The translations under genes and the position numbers were made by a program. A stretch of DNA of 64,000 nucleotides. It comes from Escherichia phage vB-Eco-KMB39. Positions 30,257 through 41,392 of the stretch are shown one piece after another. The DNA is taken from the sequence record OR539219.1, one strand, 5' to 3'. The first letter of the stretch is position 1; each line of letters begins with the position of its first letter. The notes below the pieces were generated by a model that did not search any database, was not told where the DNA came from, and was given only the letters and a program-made list of their open reading frames with translations.

Positions 30257-30750
30257 AAAGTTTTAATAACCTCTACAATATCATCTTGAGAAAGACCGTT
30301 AATTAAAATATGATGTTCAGCCGGAGATTTAGAAATTTTAAAGCATGCCTCAACATCTTCTGCCATATCCGATGCACTACGATTTGGATTACTAATTCCA
30401 AGACGATGCTTTCCAGTCAAAGGATTAACGATGATATAGCATTTACAGCTATTGATATGAACATTGGGCTGAGTCTGATTAATGAACACTTCGCACTCAT
30501 ACTTAGCGAGTTGATTTTCTAAAAAGACTTTCATCTCTTCAACCGCATCAGGAAGCATATCGCGGGCTTGCTCAAGACGACGATTTCGATATTCTTTAAT
30601 GGCAGTTTTCCGCTTGACTTGCTTAGCTAAATCTTTCTTAAGATCGGTGATATATCCAACTCGACGATTTCCTTTGAATACAGAAATCCCATCTGTAGTA
30701 TCACCGTATGCTTCAACGACCATCTCAGTAGTAATAAGCTGCAAATCCAT
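30247..30750 (-). CDS. alc: Alc, inhibitor of host transcription on cytosine-containing DNA
   Basis: 167 aa ORF between the pseT block and rnlA, same size and position as T4 alc. Confidence 0.75.
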   Translation of the reverse strand: MDLQLITTEMVVEAYGDTTDGISVFKGNRRVGYITDLKKDLAKQVKRKTAIKEYRNRRLEQARDMLPDAVEEMKVFLENQLAKYECEVFINQTQPNVHINSCKCYIIVNPLTGKHRLGISNPNRSASDMAEDVEACFKISKSPAEHHILINGLSQDDIVEVIKTLCN

Positions 30751-30781
30751 TATAAAGTCCTCATGTTATGTCAGTAAGATT

Positions 30782-30810
30782 ATTATAACACAACACGAGG
30801 GACTTGTAAA
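30782..30810 (-). promoter_or_regulatory. Sigma70-type phage early promoter for alc
   Basis: Minus strand: -35 TTTACA, 17 nt, -10 TATAAT; shares leader sequence with the promoter at 15609. Confidence 0.6.
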
Positions 30811-30814
30811 CAGC

Positions 30815-32402
<1,588 letters not shown>

Positions 32403-32410
32403 AATAAAAT

Positions 32411-32424
32411 GGGCCTTGCGGCCC
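32411..32424 (-). other. RNA hairpin between nrdB stop and denA start
   Basis: GGGCC-TTGC-GGCCC directly upstream of denA ATG; possible terminator or translational control. Confidence 0.4.
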
Positions 32425-32429
32425 ACTCC

Positions 32430-33608
32430 TTAAAAGTATTTTTTAAAACTCATCATAACTTTATCATCAACATCATTATCAATCTGTGCAACAAGATAAG
32501 ATGACAGTTCTACTTCTTGCGGCGCGGATTGAACATTATCAGAATTAAGGTATTCACGAATCCAAGGATATGGATGTTTAACCGGAGCATCGGTAATTGG
32601 GCATGGAAGACCACACTGTTTCATACGAGATACAGTTAAGTAATCAATAAAGCTCCACATGCTATTTGTATTTAATCCAGGAACATCGCCATCTTTAAAT
32701 AAATGAACTGCCCAATCTTTTTCTTGGCGGTTAACTTCCATGAAAATATCAACTGCTTCTTGTTCACACTCTTTGGCAATTTTAACCCATTCATCACCAT
32801 CAGTGCCAAGTTGAAGTTGACGAATAATATACTGGGTGCCTTTAAGGTGGAGTTGTTCGTCTCGAGCAATGAATTTCATAATCTTCGCATTACCTTCCAT
32901 GATTTCCATATTTTTATGGAAGTTGAAAGTACATGCAAAGGATACATAAAAACGAATAGCTTCCAGGGCATTGATAACATGAAGGCAGAGATAAAGCGAC
33001 TTCATCAATGCATATTTACATTCTTCCACATGCATAAGACTATTTGAATATGCATCTAAATCATATTCATTTTCGGAAAAACATTTAAAAATTTCTTTTG
33101 CATTTTCCCATTCGCGCGTCTTAACCAGAACATCATCATAATAACGACCAATAGATTCAGCACGTTTCATGATAGCTTTATCTAATACAATCTCATCAAA
33201 TACCTTTGACGGATCAGTATAAAGATTTCGCATAATATGAGTGTATGAACGACTGTGAATAGTTTCACTAAAAGTCCATGTAGCAACCCATGTATCAAGA
33301 CTTGGGTCTGAAATTAACGACATAAGTACAGCAGACGGTGCACGACCCTGAATGCTATCTAGAAGTGATTGATACTTCAGGTTATTAGTAAAAATATCTT
33401 GCTGATATTGAGGAAGCTTGTTAAATTGCGCAGCATCCATCATTAAGTTTACTTCTTCAGGACGCCAGAAAAATGACAACTGCTTTTCGGTTAAATCTTC
33501 AAAAACTTTATGACGTTGAATATCGTAACGCGCAATACCAAGACCTGAACCGAAGAACATAGGTTCTTTTAAAACATCAACTGGATTTGTATTAAAAACT
33601 GTAGACAT
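32430..33608 (-). CDS. nrdB: Ribonucleotide reductase small subunit, intronless
   Basis: 392 aa from ATG at 33608 (MSTVFNTNPVD...); di-iron ligand motifs; single uninterrupted ORF. Confidence 0.92.
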   Translation of the reverse strand: MSTVFNTNPVDVLKEPMFFGSGLGIARYDIQRHKVFEDLTEKQLSFFWRPEEVNLMMDAAQFNKLPQYQQDIFTNNLKYQSLLDSIQGRAPSAVLMSLISDPSLDTWVATWTFSETIHSRSYTHIMRNLYTDPSKVFDEIVLDKAIMKRAESIGRYYDDVLVKTREWENAKEIFKCFSENEYDLDAYSNSLMHVEECKYALMKSLYLCLHVINALEAIRFYVSFACTFNFHKNMEIMEGNAKIMKFIARDEQLHLKGTQYIIRQLQLGTDGDEWVKIAKECEQEAVDIFMEVNRQEKDWAVHLFKDGDVPGLNTNSMWSFIDYLTVSRMKQCGLPCPITDAPVKHPYPWIREYLNSDNVQSAPQEVELSSYLVAQIDNDVDDKVMMSFKKYF

Positions 33609-34339
33609 TAATTTTTCCTCTTTAAAATTCTGCCGCGTTTCCAACCTGGCGGTATAATATCATCTTTACCTATAAGCGTGCATTCACTTCCATTATTAAT
33701 CCATTTCTTACCGCGGATTCCTTTATAATCTCTTGGTTGTATTTTGTCAAACTTTGCATCAAGTTGATATGCCCATCGAAATCCATAGGCATATTGAAAT
33801 TTACCCTCAGCACAATATTTGATATTTGACCCGTTTCCATTAACTGACCTGGACGCTGCGGCAATAGAGTGAAAGGTTTCTATGAAATCCCCATCTAATG
33901 AGAATTTATGTATTTCGATAGATGGGCATGCATACCTATTCACGTTTGATACATGTTGTTTAGTTTCGTTTTTATGATGCTTGCCTAACATTCCTCTAGG
34001 ATGAGGATTATTTTTCCAATATTTCTTAAAGAAATCAGAATTAGCTTTAGCAAATAATTTTCTGTGCAAGCTATACAATCTGTTATTAATTCTATTACCA
34101 GCTTTATCTGTTGCCATTAACGTTAACGCAGAGGCAAGACCAAAATGGCCTTCATTTATCTTGCATAGTAATAGATGCGCTATAAAATGTTCTCTAGCTG
34201 TTAATTCAACTAAATTTTCTTTATCATCAGAACCTCCCATGCATTTAGGGACTATATGATGTGTCTCTTTATACTCGGATAAATGTTCCCGAGCCTGAGC
34301 TCGGGAAATTAGGTCATTATAGATTTTTTGATAATTCAT
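33608..34339 (-). CDS. mobE: HNH homing endonuclease MobE
   Basis: 243 aa; HNH motif region ETHHIVPKCMGGSDDKENLVELTAREHFIAH; sits between nrdA and nrdB as T4 mobE; stop overlaps nrdB start (TAATG). Confidence 0.82.
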   Translation of the reverse strand: MNYQKIYNDLISRAQAREHLSEYKETHHIVPKCMGGSDDKENLVELTAREHFIAHLLLCKINEGHFGLASALTLMATDKAGNRINNRLYSLHRKLFAKANSDFFKKYWKNNPHPRGMLGKHHKNETKQHVSNVNRYACPSIEIHKFSLDGDFIETFHSIAAASRSVNGNGSNIKYCAEGKFQYAYGFRWAYQLDAKFDKIQPRDYKGIRGKKWINNGSECTLIGKDDIIPPGWKRGRILKRKN

Positions 34340-36603
34340 TACAATTTACACGCTGCACAATCGTCGGCTTTAGGAGTTTCTATTTCATAATCATCAGTAC
34401 CAGAACCATCACGGGTATTATGATAATAGAAATTTTTAATGCCATAATACCATCCGTATAACATGTCATCAATCATTATTGACATTGGAACCTTTCCTTT
34501 TGGAAAAATCTGCGGGTCATAGTATGTATTCGCTGAAGCTGATTGACATACCCATTTCAGCATAATAGCTACCTGCGTAAGATAAGGTTTATTACCTTTC
34601 TTAGCTAATTTCCACGTATAATCATATAGGTCTATGTTATGCTCAATATTGGGCACGACTTGATTAAAGGAGCCCTCTTTTGATTCTTTAACAGAGACTG
34701 GTCCACGTGGAGGCTCGATACCGTTTGTACTGTTAGAAACTTGGGAAGATGACTCACATGGCATAAGTGCTGATAATGTGCTATTACGGATGCCAAAGAG
34801 CTTAAGGTCTTCCCGCAGCGCCGACCAGTCACAAACGTATTTTGGAGATGCGATTTGGTCAATCTTTTTATTGTACCAGTCGATAGGTAATTCGCCTCGA
34901 GACCAACGAGTGTCTGAATAATATTCGCAAGGTCCTTTTTCTTTGGCGAGCTTAATGGATGCTTTAATGAGTCCATACTGTAATCTCTCAAATAGTTCAT
35001 GTGTTAAATCATTAGCATCTTCATAAGAAGCAAAGTTACTTGCCAGCCAAGCTGCATAGTTGGTAACACCTACGCCAAGATTTCGACGCTTTTTAGCTTT
35101 TTCTGCTTCAGGAACCGGATATCCTTGGTAATCCAAAAGATTATCAAGAGCACGAACTTGAACTTCTGCCAATTCATTAATTTTATCTTGGTCTTGCCAG
35201 TCAAAATTATCTAATACGAATGCAGAGAGAGTACACAATCCAATTTCAGCATCAGGACTATTCACATCATTTGTTGGAATAGCAATTTCACAGCACAAGT
35301 TACTCTGACGAATAGGTGCCTTTTCACGAATAAACGGAGTATAGTTATTCGTATTATCAATGAACTGCACATAAATCCTTGCTGTTCCTGAGCGTTCAGT
35401 CATGAGTAATTCAAATAGTTCACGGGCTTTAATACGCTTTTTACGAATATTAGGGTCTTTTTCTGCGGCTTCGTACAATTCACGGAAACGGTCTTGGTCT
35501 TTAAAATAAGAATAATAAAGCTCGCCACCCATTTCATGCGGACTGAACAAAGTAATGTAGTCGTTCTTTCCAAAACGTTCCATCATCAAATCATTCAGCT
35601 GGACGCCATAATCCATATGACGGATACGGTTTTCTTCTACACCCTTGTTATTTTTTAGAACGAGAAGATTTTCAACTTCCAAATGCCAAATAGGATAATA
35701 AGCAGTAGCAGCGCCGCCACGAATTCCACCCTGTGAGCATGATTTAACAGCAGTCTGAAAATGTTTCCAAAAAGGAATAACACCAGTATGGCGTACTTCA
35801 CCCATGCCAATCTTAGAACCTTCGGCACGAATCATACCAACGTTAATACCAATTCCAGCACGTTTGGAGATATATTCAACAATTGAAGTGGAAGCCTTAT
35901 TGATAGACTTTAATGAATCACCTGCCTCAATAACAACACATGAACTAAACTGTCGAGTCGGAGTACGGCAACCAGCCATAATAGGAGTTGGTAATGAAAT
36001 CTGTCGAGTAGATACTGCTTCATAAAAATGAATAACATGTTTTAATCTATCAATAGGTTCATCTTGATGCAATGCCATTCCAATAGTCATAAATGCAAAC
36101 TGAGGAGTTTCATAAATTTGACCAGTGGTTTTATCTTTAACTAGATATTTTTCTTTTAATTGCATCGCCCCGGAATAAGTAAATTCCATATCCCGCTCGT
36201 GCTTAATTTTTGATTCTAAAAATGTAATTTCTTCTGCTGAATATTTTGACAATAATTCAGGGTCATATTTACCTTCATTTACACAGTAAGAAATATGGTC
36301 AATAAATGAACGTGGTTCATACTGCCCATAAACATGCTTACGAAGAGCAAACATTAAACAACGTGCAGCTACATATTGATAATCAGGCTCTTCAACTGAA
36401 ATAGAATTCGCAGCAGCCTTAATTACAATGGTTTGAATGTCATCAGTGGTCATTCCATCACGGAGATATGATTTAATATTTTCATATAATTCATAAGGAT
36501 CTACAGATGTTCCTTCAGCTGCCCAAGATAAAACTTTAATAATTTTTTGCGGGTCAAAGCTTTGAGAAACACCACTACTTTTGATAACATTAATTAATTG
36601 CAT
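34339..36603 (-). CDS. nrdA: Ribonucleotide reductase large subunit
   Basis: 754 aa; ATP-cone N-terminus, class I RNR catalytic region; same length as T4 NrdA. Confidence 0.93.
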   Translation of the reverse strand: MQLINVIKSSGVSQSFDPQKIIKVLSWAAEGTSVDPYELYENIKSYLRDGMTTDDIQTIVIKAAANSISVEEPDYQYVAARCLMFALRKHVYGQYEPRSFIDHISYCVNEGKYDPELLSKYSAEEITFLESKIKHERDMEFTYSGAMQLKEKYLVKDKTTGQIYETPQFAFMTIGMALHQDEPIDRLKHVIHFYEAVSTRQISLPTPIMAGCRTPTRQFSSCVVIEAGDSLKSINKASTSIVEYISKRAGIGINVGMIRAEGSKIGMGEVRHTGVIPFWKHFQTAVKSCSQGGIRGGAATAYYPIWHLEVENLLVLKNNKGVEENRIRHMDYGVQLNDLMMERFGKNDYITLFSPHEMGGELYYSYFKDQDRFRELYEAAEKDPNIRKKRIKARELFELLMTERSGTARIYVQFIDNTNNYTPFIREKAPIRQSNLCCEIAIPTNDVNSPDAEIGLCTLSAFVLDNFDWQDQDKINELAEVQVRALDNLLDYQGYPVPEAEKAKKRRNLGVGVTNYAAWLASNFASYEDANDLTHELFERLQYGLIKASIKLAKEKGPCEYYSDTRWSRGELPIDWYNKKIDQIASPKYVCDWSALREDLKLFGIRNSTLSALMPCESSSQVSNSTNGIEPPRGPVSVKESKEGSFNQVVPNIEHNIDLYDYTWKLAKKGNKPYLTQVAIMLKWVCQSASANTYYDPQIFPKGKVPMSIMIDDMLYGWYYGIKNFYYHNTRDGSGTDDYEIETPKADDCAACKL

Positions 36604-36920
36604 AAGTCCTCAACTTGAAAATCGTCTTTAAACAATCGGTTAACTATATGAGCTATTATATCACCATGACACGGCTTTGGTTTACATGTGCATCCTAGCC
36701 TCATTCCACGTAAAGGCTCTAAATGTGCTTTAGTTATTTCTCCGGATTTAATTCGACGTATAAAATCTTTTTTGAATAATTCAATGGCAGCCTCCCGGCT
36801 GCCAGCATCTTTACCGACGTAATTTCCCCAAAATGTACCACGGTGAATATTAACATCAAAGTCGGATTTATATTTATTCACTACCTGGCATAGACGGCCC
36901 GCGCGGTGATAATTCGTCAT
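36594..36920 (-). CDS. Hypothetical Cys-rich protein (position of T4 nrdA.1)
   Basis: 108 aa ORF; [11 protein letters not shown] motif. Confidence 0.55.
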   Translation of the reverse strand: MTNYHRAGRLCQVVNKYKSDFDVNIHRGTFWGNYVGKDAGSREAAIELFKKDFIRRIKSGEITKAHLEPLRGMRLGCTCKPKPCHGDIIAHIVNRLFKDDFQVEDLCN

Positions 36921-37149
36921 ATTGTTTTTCCGTTAAAACAGTAATATCATAGTAACAATCTGAAGAAGTTTTAACTGTAGAAATTTTATTATCAAAATAC
37001 TCACGAGTCATTTTATGAGTATAATATTTTTTGCCATAAATGATAATAGGCTGATTTGGTCCTGGAACTTCTAACTCACTTGGGTTAGGAAGTGTAAAAA
37101 GAACTACACCAGAAGTATCTTTAAATCGTAAAATCATATATCCTCGCAA
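36874..37149 (-). CDS. Hypothetical protein (position of T4 nrdA.2)
   Basis: 91 aa ORF. Confidence 0.55.
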   Translation of the reverse strand: MRGYMILRFKDTSGVVLFTLPNPSELEVPGPNQPIIIYGKKYYTHKMTREYFDNKISTVKTSSDCYYDITVLTEKQYDELSPRGPSMPGSE

Positions 37150-37160
37150 TTAATAATTAA

Positions 37161-37472
37161 TTACACCGCCATTTTTCCTTTAATAGGAGGGTGTGATTCG
37201 TAACCTTTAAGAACGAAATCTTTAGGCCTGAGTTTAAGAACATATTTTAATTGTTCTTTAGTAGAAAGATGACGGAATTTATAAGGCAATCCGCCTATTA
37301 CCAGTTCACAAAGCTCTTTAGGTTCACGACGTAAAATTTCTTTACATTGTTCAACGTGATTCATATAGATATGAGTATTACCGCCAGAAAATATCAAATC
37401 TCCAGGAATAAGATTACACATCTTAGCTACAATATGAATTAACGCAGCATATGATGCAATATTAAACGGTAG
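37161..37472 (-). CDS. td: Thymidylate synthase, exon 2
   Basis: Exon 2 encodes LPFNIASYAALIHIVAKMCNLIPGDLIFSGGNTHIYMNH...; joins exon 1 in frame after the intron. Confidence 0.9.
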   Translation of the reverse strand, partial: LPFNIASYAALIHIVAKMCNLIPGDLIFSGGNTHIYMNHVEQCKEILRREPKELCELVIGGLPYKFRHLSTKEQLKYVLKLRPKDFVLKGYESHPPIKGKMAV

Positions 37473-38488
37473 CATTATGTTCAGATAAGGTCGTTAATCT
37501 TACCCCGGAATTATATCCAGCTGCATGTCACCATGCAGAGCAGACTATATCTCCAACTTGTTAAAGCAAGTTGTCTATCGTTTCGAGTCACTTGACCCTA
37601 CTCCCAAAAGGGATAGTCGTTAGGCATTTATGTAGAACCAATTCCATTTATCAGATTTTACACGATAAGTAACTAATCCAGACGAAATTTTAAAATGTCT
37701 AGCTGCATCTGCTGCACAATCAAAAATAACCCCATCACATGAAATCTTTTTAATATTACTAGGCTTTTTACCTTTCATCTTTTCTGATATTTTAGATTTA
37801 GTTATGTCTGAATGCTTATGATTAAAGAATGAATTATTTTCACCTGAACGATTTCTGCATTTACTACAAGTATAAGCAGAAGTTTGTATGCGAACACCGC
37901 ACTTACAAAACTTATGGGTTTCTGGATTCCAACGTCCGTTTTTACTTCCGGGTTTACTGTAAAGAGCTTTCCGACCATCAGATCCAAGTTTAAGCATCTT
38001 AGCTTTAACAGTTTCAGAACGTTTCTTAATAATTTCTTCTTTTAATGGATGCGTAGAACATGTATCACCAAACGTTGCATCAGCAATATTGTATCCATTA
38101 ATTTTAGAATTAAGCTCTTTAATCCAAAAATTTTCTCGTTCAATAATCAAATCTTTCTCATATGGAATTTCTTCCAAAATAGAACATTCAAACACATTAC
38201 CATGTTTGTTAAAAGACCTCTGAAGTTTTATAGAAGAATGGCATCCTTTTTCTAAATCTTTAAAATGCCTCTTCCATCTCTTTTCAAAATCTTTAGCACT
38301 TCCTACATATACTTTATTGTTTAAAGTATTTTTAATCTGATAAATTCCGCTTTTCATAAATACCTCTTTAAATATAGAAGTATTTATTAAAGGGCAGTCC
38401 TACAATTTAGCACGGGATTGTCTACTAGAGAGGTTCCCCGTTTAGATAGATTACAAGTATAAGTCACCTTATACTCAGGCCTCAATTA
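37473..38488 (-). ncRNA. Self-splicing group I intron of td (1016 nt) carrying the I-TevI ORF
   Basis: 5' end UAAUUGAGGCCUGAGUAUAAGGUGACUUAUACUUGUAAUCUAUCUAAACGGGGAACCUCUCUAGUAGACAAUCCCGUGCUAAAUUGUAGGACU and 3' end ...GACCUUAUCUGAACAUAAUG match the recalled T4 td intron; exon 1 ends in U, intron ends in G. Confidence 0.9.
37620..38357 (-). CDS. I-TevI: Intron-encoded GIY-YIG homing endonuclease I-TevI
   Basis: 245 aa; MKSGIYQIKNTLNNKVYVGSAKDFEKRWKRH... matches recalled I-TevI; lies inside the td intron. Confidence 0.93.
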   Translation of the reverse strand: MKSGIYQIKNTLNNKVYVGSAKDFEKRWKRHFKDLEKGCHSSIKLQRSFNKHGNVFECSILEEIPYEKDLIIERENFWIKELNSKINGYNIADATFGDTCSTHPLKEEIIKKRSETVKAKMLKLGSDGRKALYSKPGSKNGRWNPETHKFCKCGVRIQTSAYTCSKCRNRSGENNSFFNHKHSDITKSKISEKMKGKKPSNIKKISCDGVIFDCAADAARHFKISSGLVTYRVKSDKWNWFYINA

Positions 38489-39037
38489 ACCCAAGAAAAC
38501 ATCTACTGATCGTTGATACCACTGCAAATCCAAATAGCCATTACGCACATTAAACTGATAGAACATATGACAAGGCGGTAATGCCATTTGCTTGAGTTCA
38601 GCTGGATTCCATGCTGAAACAACTTGACGTCTATCATTTGGCAGTTTTTTAATACGATCAATAACTTCTACAATTTGGTCTACACCGCCAAAATCACGCC
38701 ATTGTTTTCCATAAATTGGACCAAGTTCACCGCTATGGTATCCTAAATCTTTTGCTTGATTTTCGTAATTTTCATCCCAGACTGTTTTGCCTTGAATTAA
38801 TGAATCATGCTGAATTAATCGTAAATCATTTACGTTAGTACTTCCTGACAAAAACCATATTAGCTCAGCAATACAAGCTTTCCAGGCGAGCTTCTTAGTC
38901 GTTACTGCAGGAAAACCTTTAGTTAAATCCCAGCGTAATTTAGTACCGAACAAAGCAATTGTTCCTGTGCCTGTTCGGTCATCGGTTTCATAGCCATTTT
39001 CAAAAATGTCTTTAATTAAATCTTGGTATTGTTTCAT
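38489..39037 (-). CDS. td: Thymidylate synthase, exon 1
   Basis: 183 aa; MKQYQDLIKDIFENGYETDDRTGTGTIALFG...; active-site region ALPPCH; in-frame stop lies just inside the intron. Confidence 0.92.
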
Positions 39038-39082
39038 TTAGTACCTTATATAAATTATAATACATTTTATGAAGCTAAATAA

Positions 39083-39445
39083 TCAATACGGTTTAGCATC
39101 AAATTTTCTTTCAATTTCAGGCGTGAAATACAATTCTTTACCGCGTTTGGAAAAGCGACCAATAATATGATAATTATTCTCATCAAACGTAATATTGCCA
39201 ATATCCATAGCTTTCAACCAAATATCGATATTTCTATCCAGTTTTATATCAAAATTCCAATACGGAGAACTATTACCGAAAATACTGCAAGCGGATTCAG
39301 TGCAATAACTGCTGCTATAAATCTTGTCTTTGGGAACTACTAATTGATAGACGCCTTTGATAAACTGAGGACCCTGCCATTTTGGTTGTTTCGCGTCTTT
39401 TTCTAATAGAATAGGATAATAATTAAAGTTCATATTTTCCGCCAC
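39083..39445 (-). CDS. Hypothetical protein inserted between frd and td (not expected from T4 gene order)
   Basis: 120 aa ORF MAENMNFNYYPILLEKDAKQPKWQGPQF...; no recognised motifs. Confidence 0.55.
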   Translation of the reverse strand: MAENMNFNYYPILLEKDAKQPKWQGPQFIKGVYQLVVPKDKIYSSSYCTESACSIFGNSSPYWNFDIKLDRNIDIWLKAMDIGNITFDENNYHIIGRFSKRGKELYFTPEIERKFDAKPY

Positions 39446-39453
39446 GCGTTATT

Positions 39454-40041
<588 letters not shown>

Positions 40042-40284
40042 TCAAAACCCCCTTTCAATAAACCATTCAGTGGCTTTATTAGCGTCAAAGAATAATTCTT
40101 CATATGTCTTTTCTTTGTTTTCAAAGACTGTCACACAAACACGTTGGCATTCTCCACAGTATTCTTCTGACATACGCAAAGCATCAGAAAACATTTCATT
40201 AAATTCATTTAAATCAGGATTATACAATGCGTTAAAAATTGCATAATCGAATTCATCATTCATAAATTCAAATACAAAAATCAT
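40042..40284 (-). CDS. Hypothetical protein (frd.x series)
   Basis: 80 aa ORF. Confidence 0.55.
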   Translation of the reverse strand: MIFVFEFMNDEFDYAIFNALYNPDLNEFNEMFSDALRMSEEYCGECQRVCVTVFENKEKTYEELFFDANKATEWFIERGF

Positions 40285-40294
40285 ATTATTTTCC

Positions 40295-40537
40295 TTAAAC
40301 AGACTTTTTCACAATTTTCCAATCAGCTTTAAACTGTTCAACGTCAGAGTGGTAAATCCAGAATCCTGCGCTTTCTCCATCCTCATAAAGAGGGCATCCA
40401 TCGCATTCATCTTCCCATCCCATGTCACGTAAAAGATGTTCAGCTTTTTCAACAAGTTCAGAATCTTTACCTATGATATTAAAATACCATTTACCTCTAA
40501 CTTCTGAATCTTTAATGCTCTGGCGTTGTAATCTCAT
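40295..40537 (-). CDS. Hypothetical protein (frd.x series)
   Basis: 80 aa ORF preceded by early promoter. Confidence 0.55.
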   Translation of the reverse strand: MRLQRQSIKDSEVRGKWYFNIIGKDSELVEKAEHLLRDMGWEDECDGCPLYEDGESAGFWIYHSDVEQFKADWKIVKKSV

Positions 40538-40562
40538 TTTATTCTCCTTAGTTGATAGGGTA

Positions 40563-40591
40563 ATAGTATCACACTACTACCCTACTGTAAA
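40563..40591 (-). promoter_or_regulatory. Sigma70-type phage early promoter (conserved cassette)
   Basis: Minus strand: -35 GTTTACA, 17 nt, -10 TACTAT, then leader with GGAG and ATG at 40537. Confidence 0.6.
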
Positions 40592-40972
40592 CTACTTTTT
40601 GAAAGTTTTTCGCAAAAGTTCAATGATTTCATCTACATTGTTTTCGTCTACAATGCAGTGAATTTTTGTTACGCCAGAAATCTTGTCTTCGACTTCATCT
40701 TCTTCAGAAGTCGGTTCTTTATACTCACGAAAACAATGAAATTCGTCTTCACAAATTTCTAAAAGTCTATCTTTGAGGTAAAAATGCTTTCCATTTGCGC
40801 ATTCAATGTGTTTTACTGCTTTATATCCATTAGCGACAGAAACTTCTTTAACTTCAAACCATCCGCCATTATCTCGAATAGCTTTAACTATTGATGAATT
40901 AGAACGTGGGCTATAATTAATAAATGTATCAATAAGTCTTGGAACAAGTTCATACTTTCTACCAGTATACAT
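40592..40972 (-). CDS. Hypothetical protein (frd.x series)
   Basis: 126 aa ORF. Confidence 0.6.
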   Translation of the reverse strand: MYTGRKYELVPRLIDTFINYSPRSNSSIVKAIRDNGGWFEVKEVSVANGYKAVKHIECANGKHFYLKDRLLEICEDEFHCFREYKEPTSEEDEVEDKISGVTKIHCIVDENNVDEIIELLRKTFKK

Positions 40973-40992
40973 TGTGTTTTCCTCATTTTAAC

Positions 40993-41009
40993 GGGGCTGT
41001 AATAGCCCC
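40993..41009 (-). other. RNA hairpin between small early genes
   Basis: GGGGCTGTAATAGCCCC. Confidence 0.4.
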
Positions 41010-41016
41010 TTGATAA

Positions 41017-41247
41017 TTATTGTTCAATCAGTCCCATATAAAATTCTGCATCTTCAGAATCCATGCCATCACAATATTCATTAGCCATAAAGCGGGTGAG
41101 GTCTTCAAGAGGACCTTCAATGACAATAGAAAAATTGCAATAATTGGGATCATCATGAATACTTGTGATACTAAGTTCAGGATAACGATTACGAATAATT
41201 TCTTCAATATATTCAAAATCAACGATGTCAATATCAACTTTAGCCAT
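41017..41247 (-). CDS. Hypothetical acidic protein downstream of gene 32
   Basis: 76 aa ORF preceded by early promoter. Confidence 0.55.
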   Translation of the reverse strand: MAKVDIDIVDFEYIEEIIRNRYPELSITSIHDDPNYCNFSIVIEGPLEDLTRFMANEYCDGMDSEDAEFYMGLIEQ

Positions 41248-41291
41248 ATTATTTTCCTCTTTTAATCATCAGCAGTATTGCCGATAGTTGT

Positions 41292-41320
41292 ATAGTACCA
41301 TGGAATGACAAGAATGTAAA
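41292..41320 (-). promoter_or_regulatory. Sigma70-type phage early promoter (conserved cassette)
   Basis: Minus strand: -35 TTTACA, 17 nt, -10 TACTAT; A/T-rich UP-like tract upstream. Confidence 0.6.
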
Positions 41321-41351
41321 CTGTTTTGTGAAAAAATTTTAAAATAAAAAA

Positions 41352-41370
41352 GGGGACCTCTAGGGTCCCC
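41352..41370 (-). terminator. Gene 32 intrinsic terminator
   Basis: GGGGACC-TCTA-GGGTCCCC; minus-strand hairpin followed by UUUUUAUUUU about 25 nt after the gene 32 stop. Confidence 0.7.
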
Positions 41371-41392
41371 AATTAATTAGTAATATAATCTA

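Noticed and set aside
32430-33644. Possible group I intron or I-TevIII remnant in nrdB, as in T4
   Set aside because: nrdB reads as one continuous ORF with no in-frame interruption, so no intron is present; the ORF-track N-terminal extension (METRQNFKEEKL) precedes the true ATG at 33608
41028-41237. 69 aa ORF overlapping the 76 aa ORF at 41017-41247 in another frame
   Set aside because: Alternative frame of the same locus with hydrophobic low-complexity translation; the longer acidic frame starting right after the early promoter is preferred
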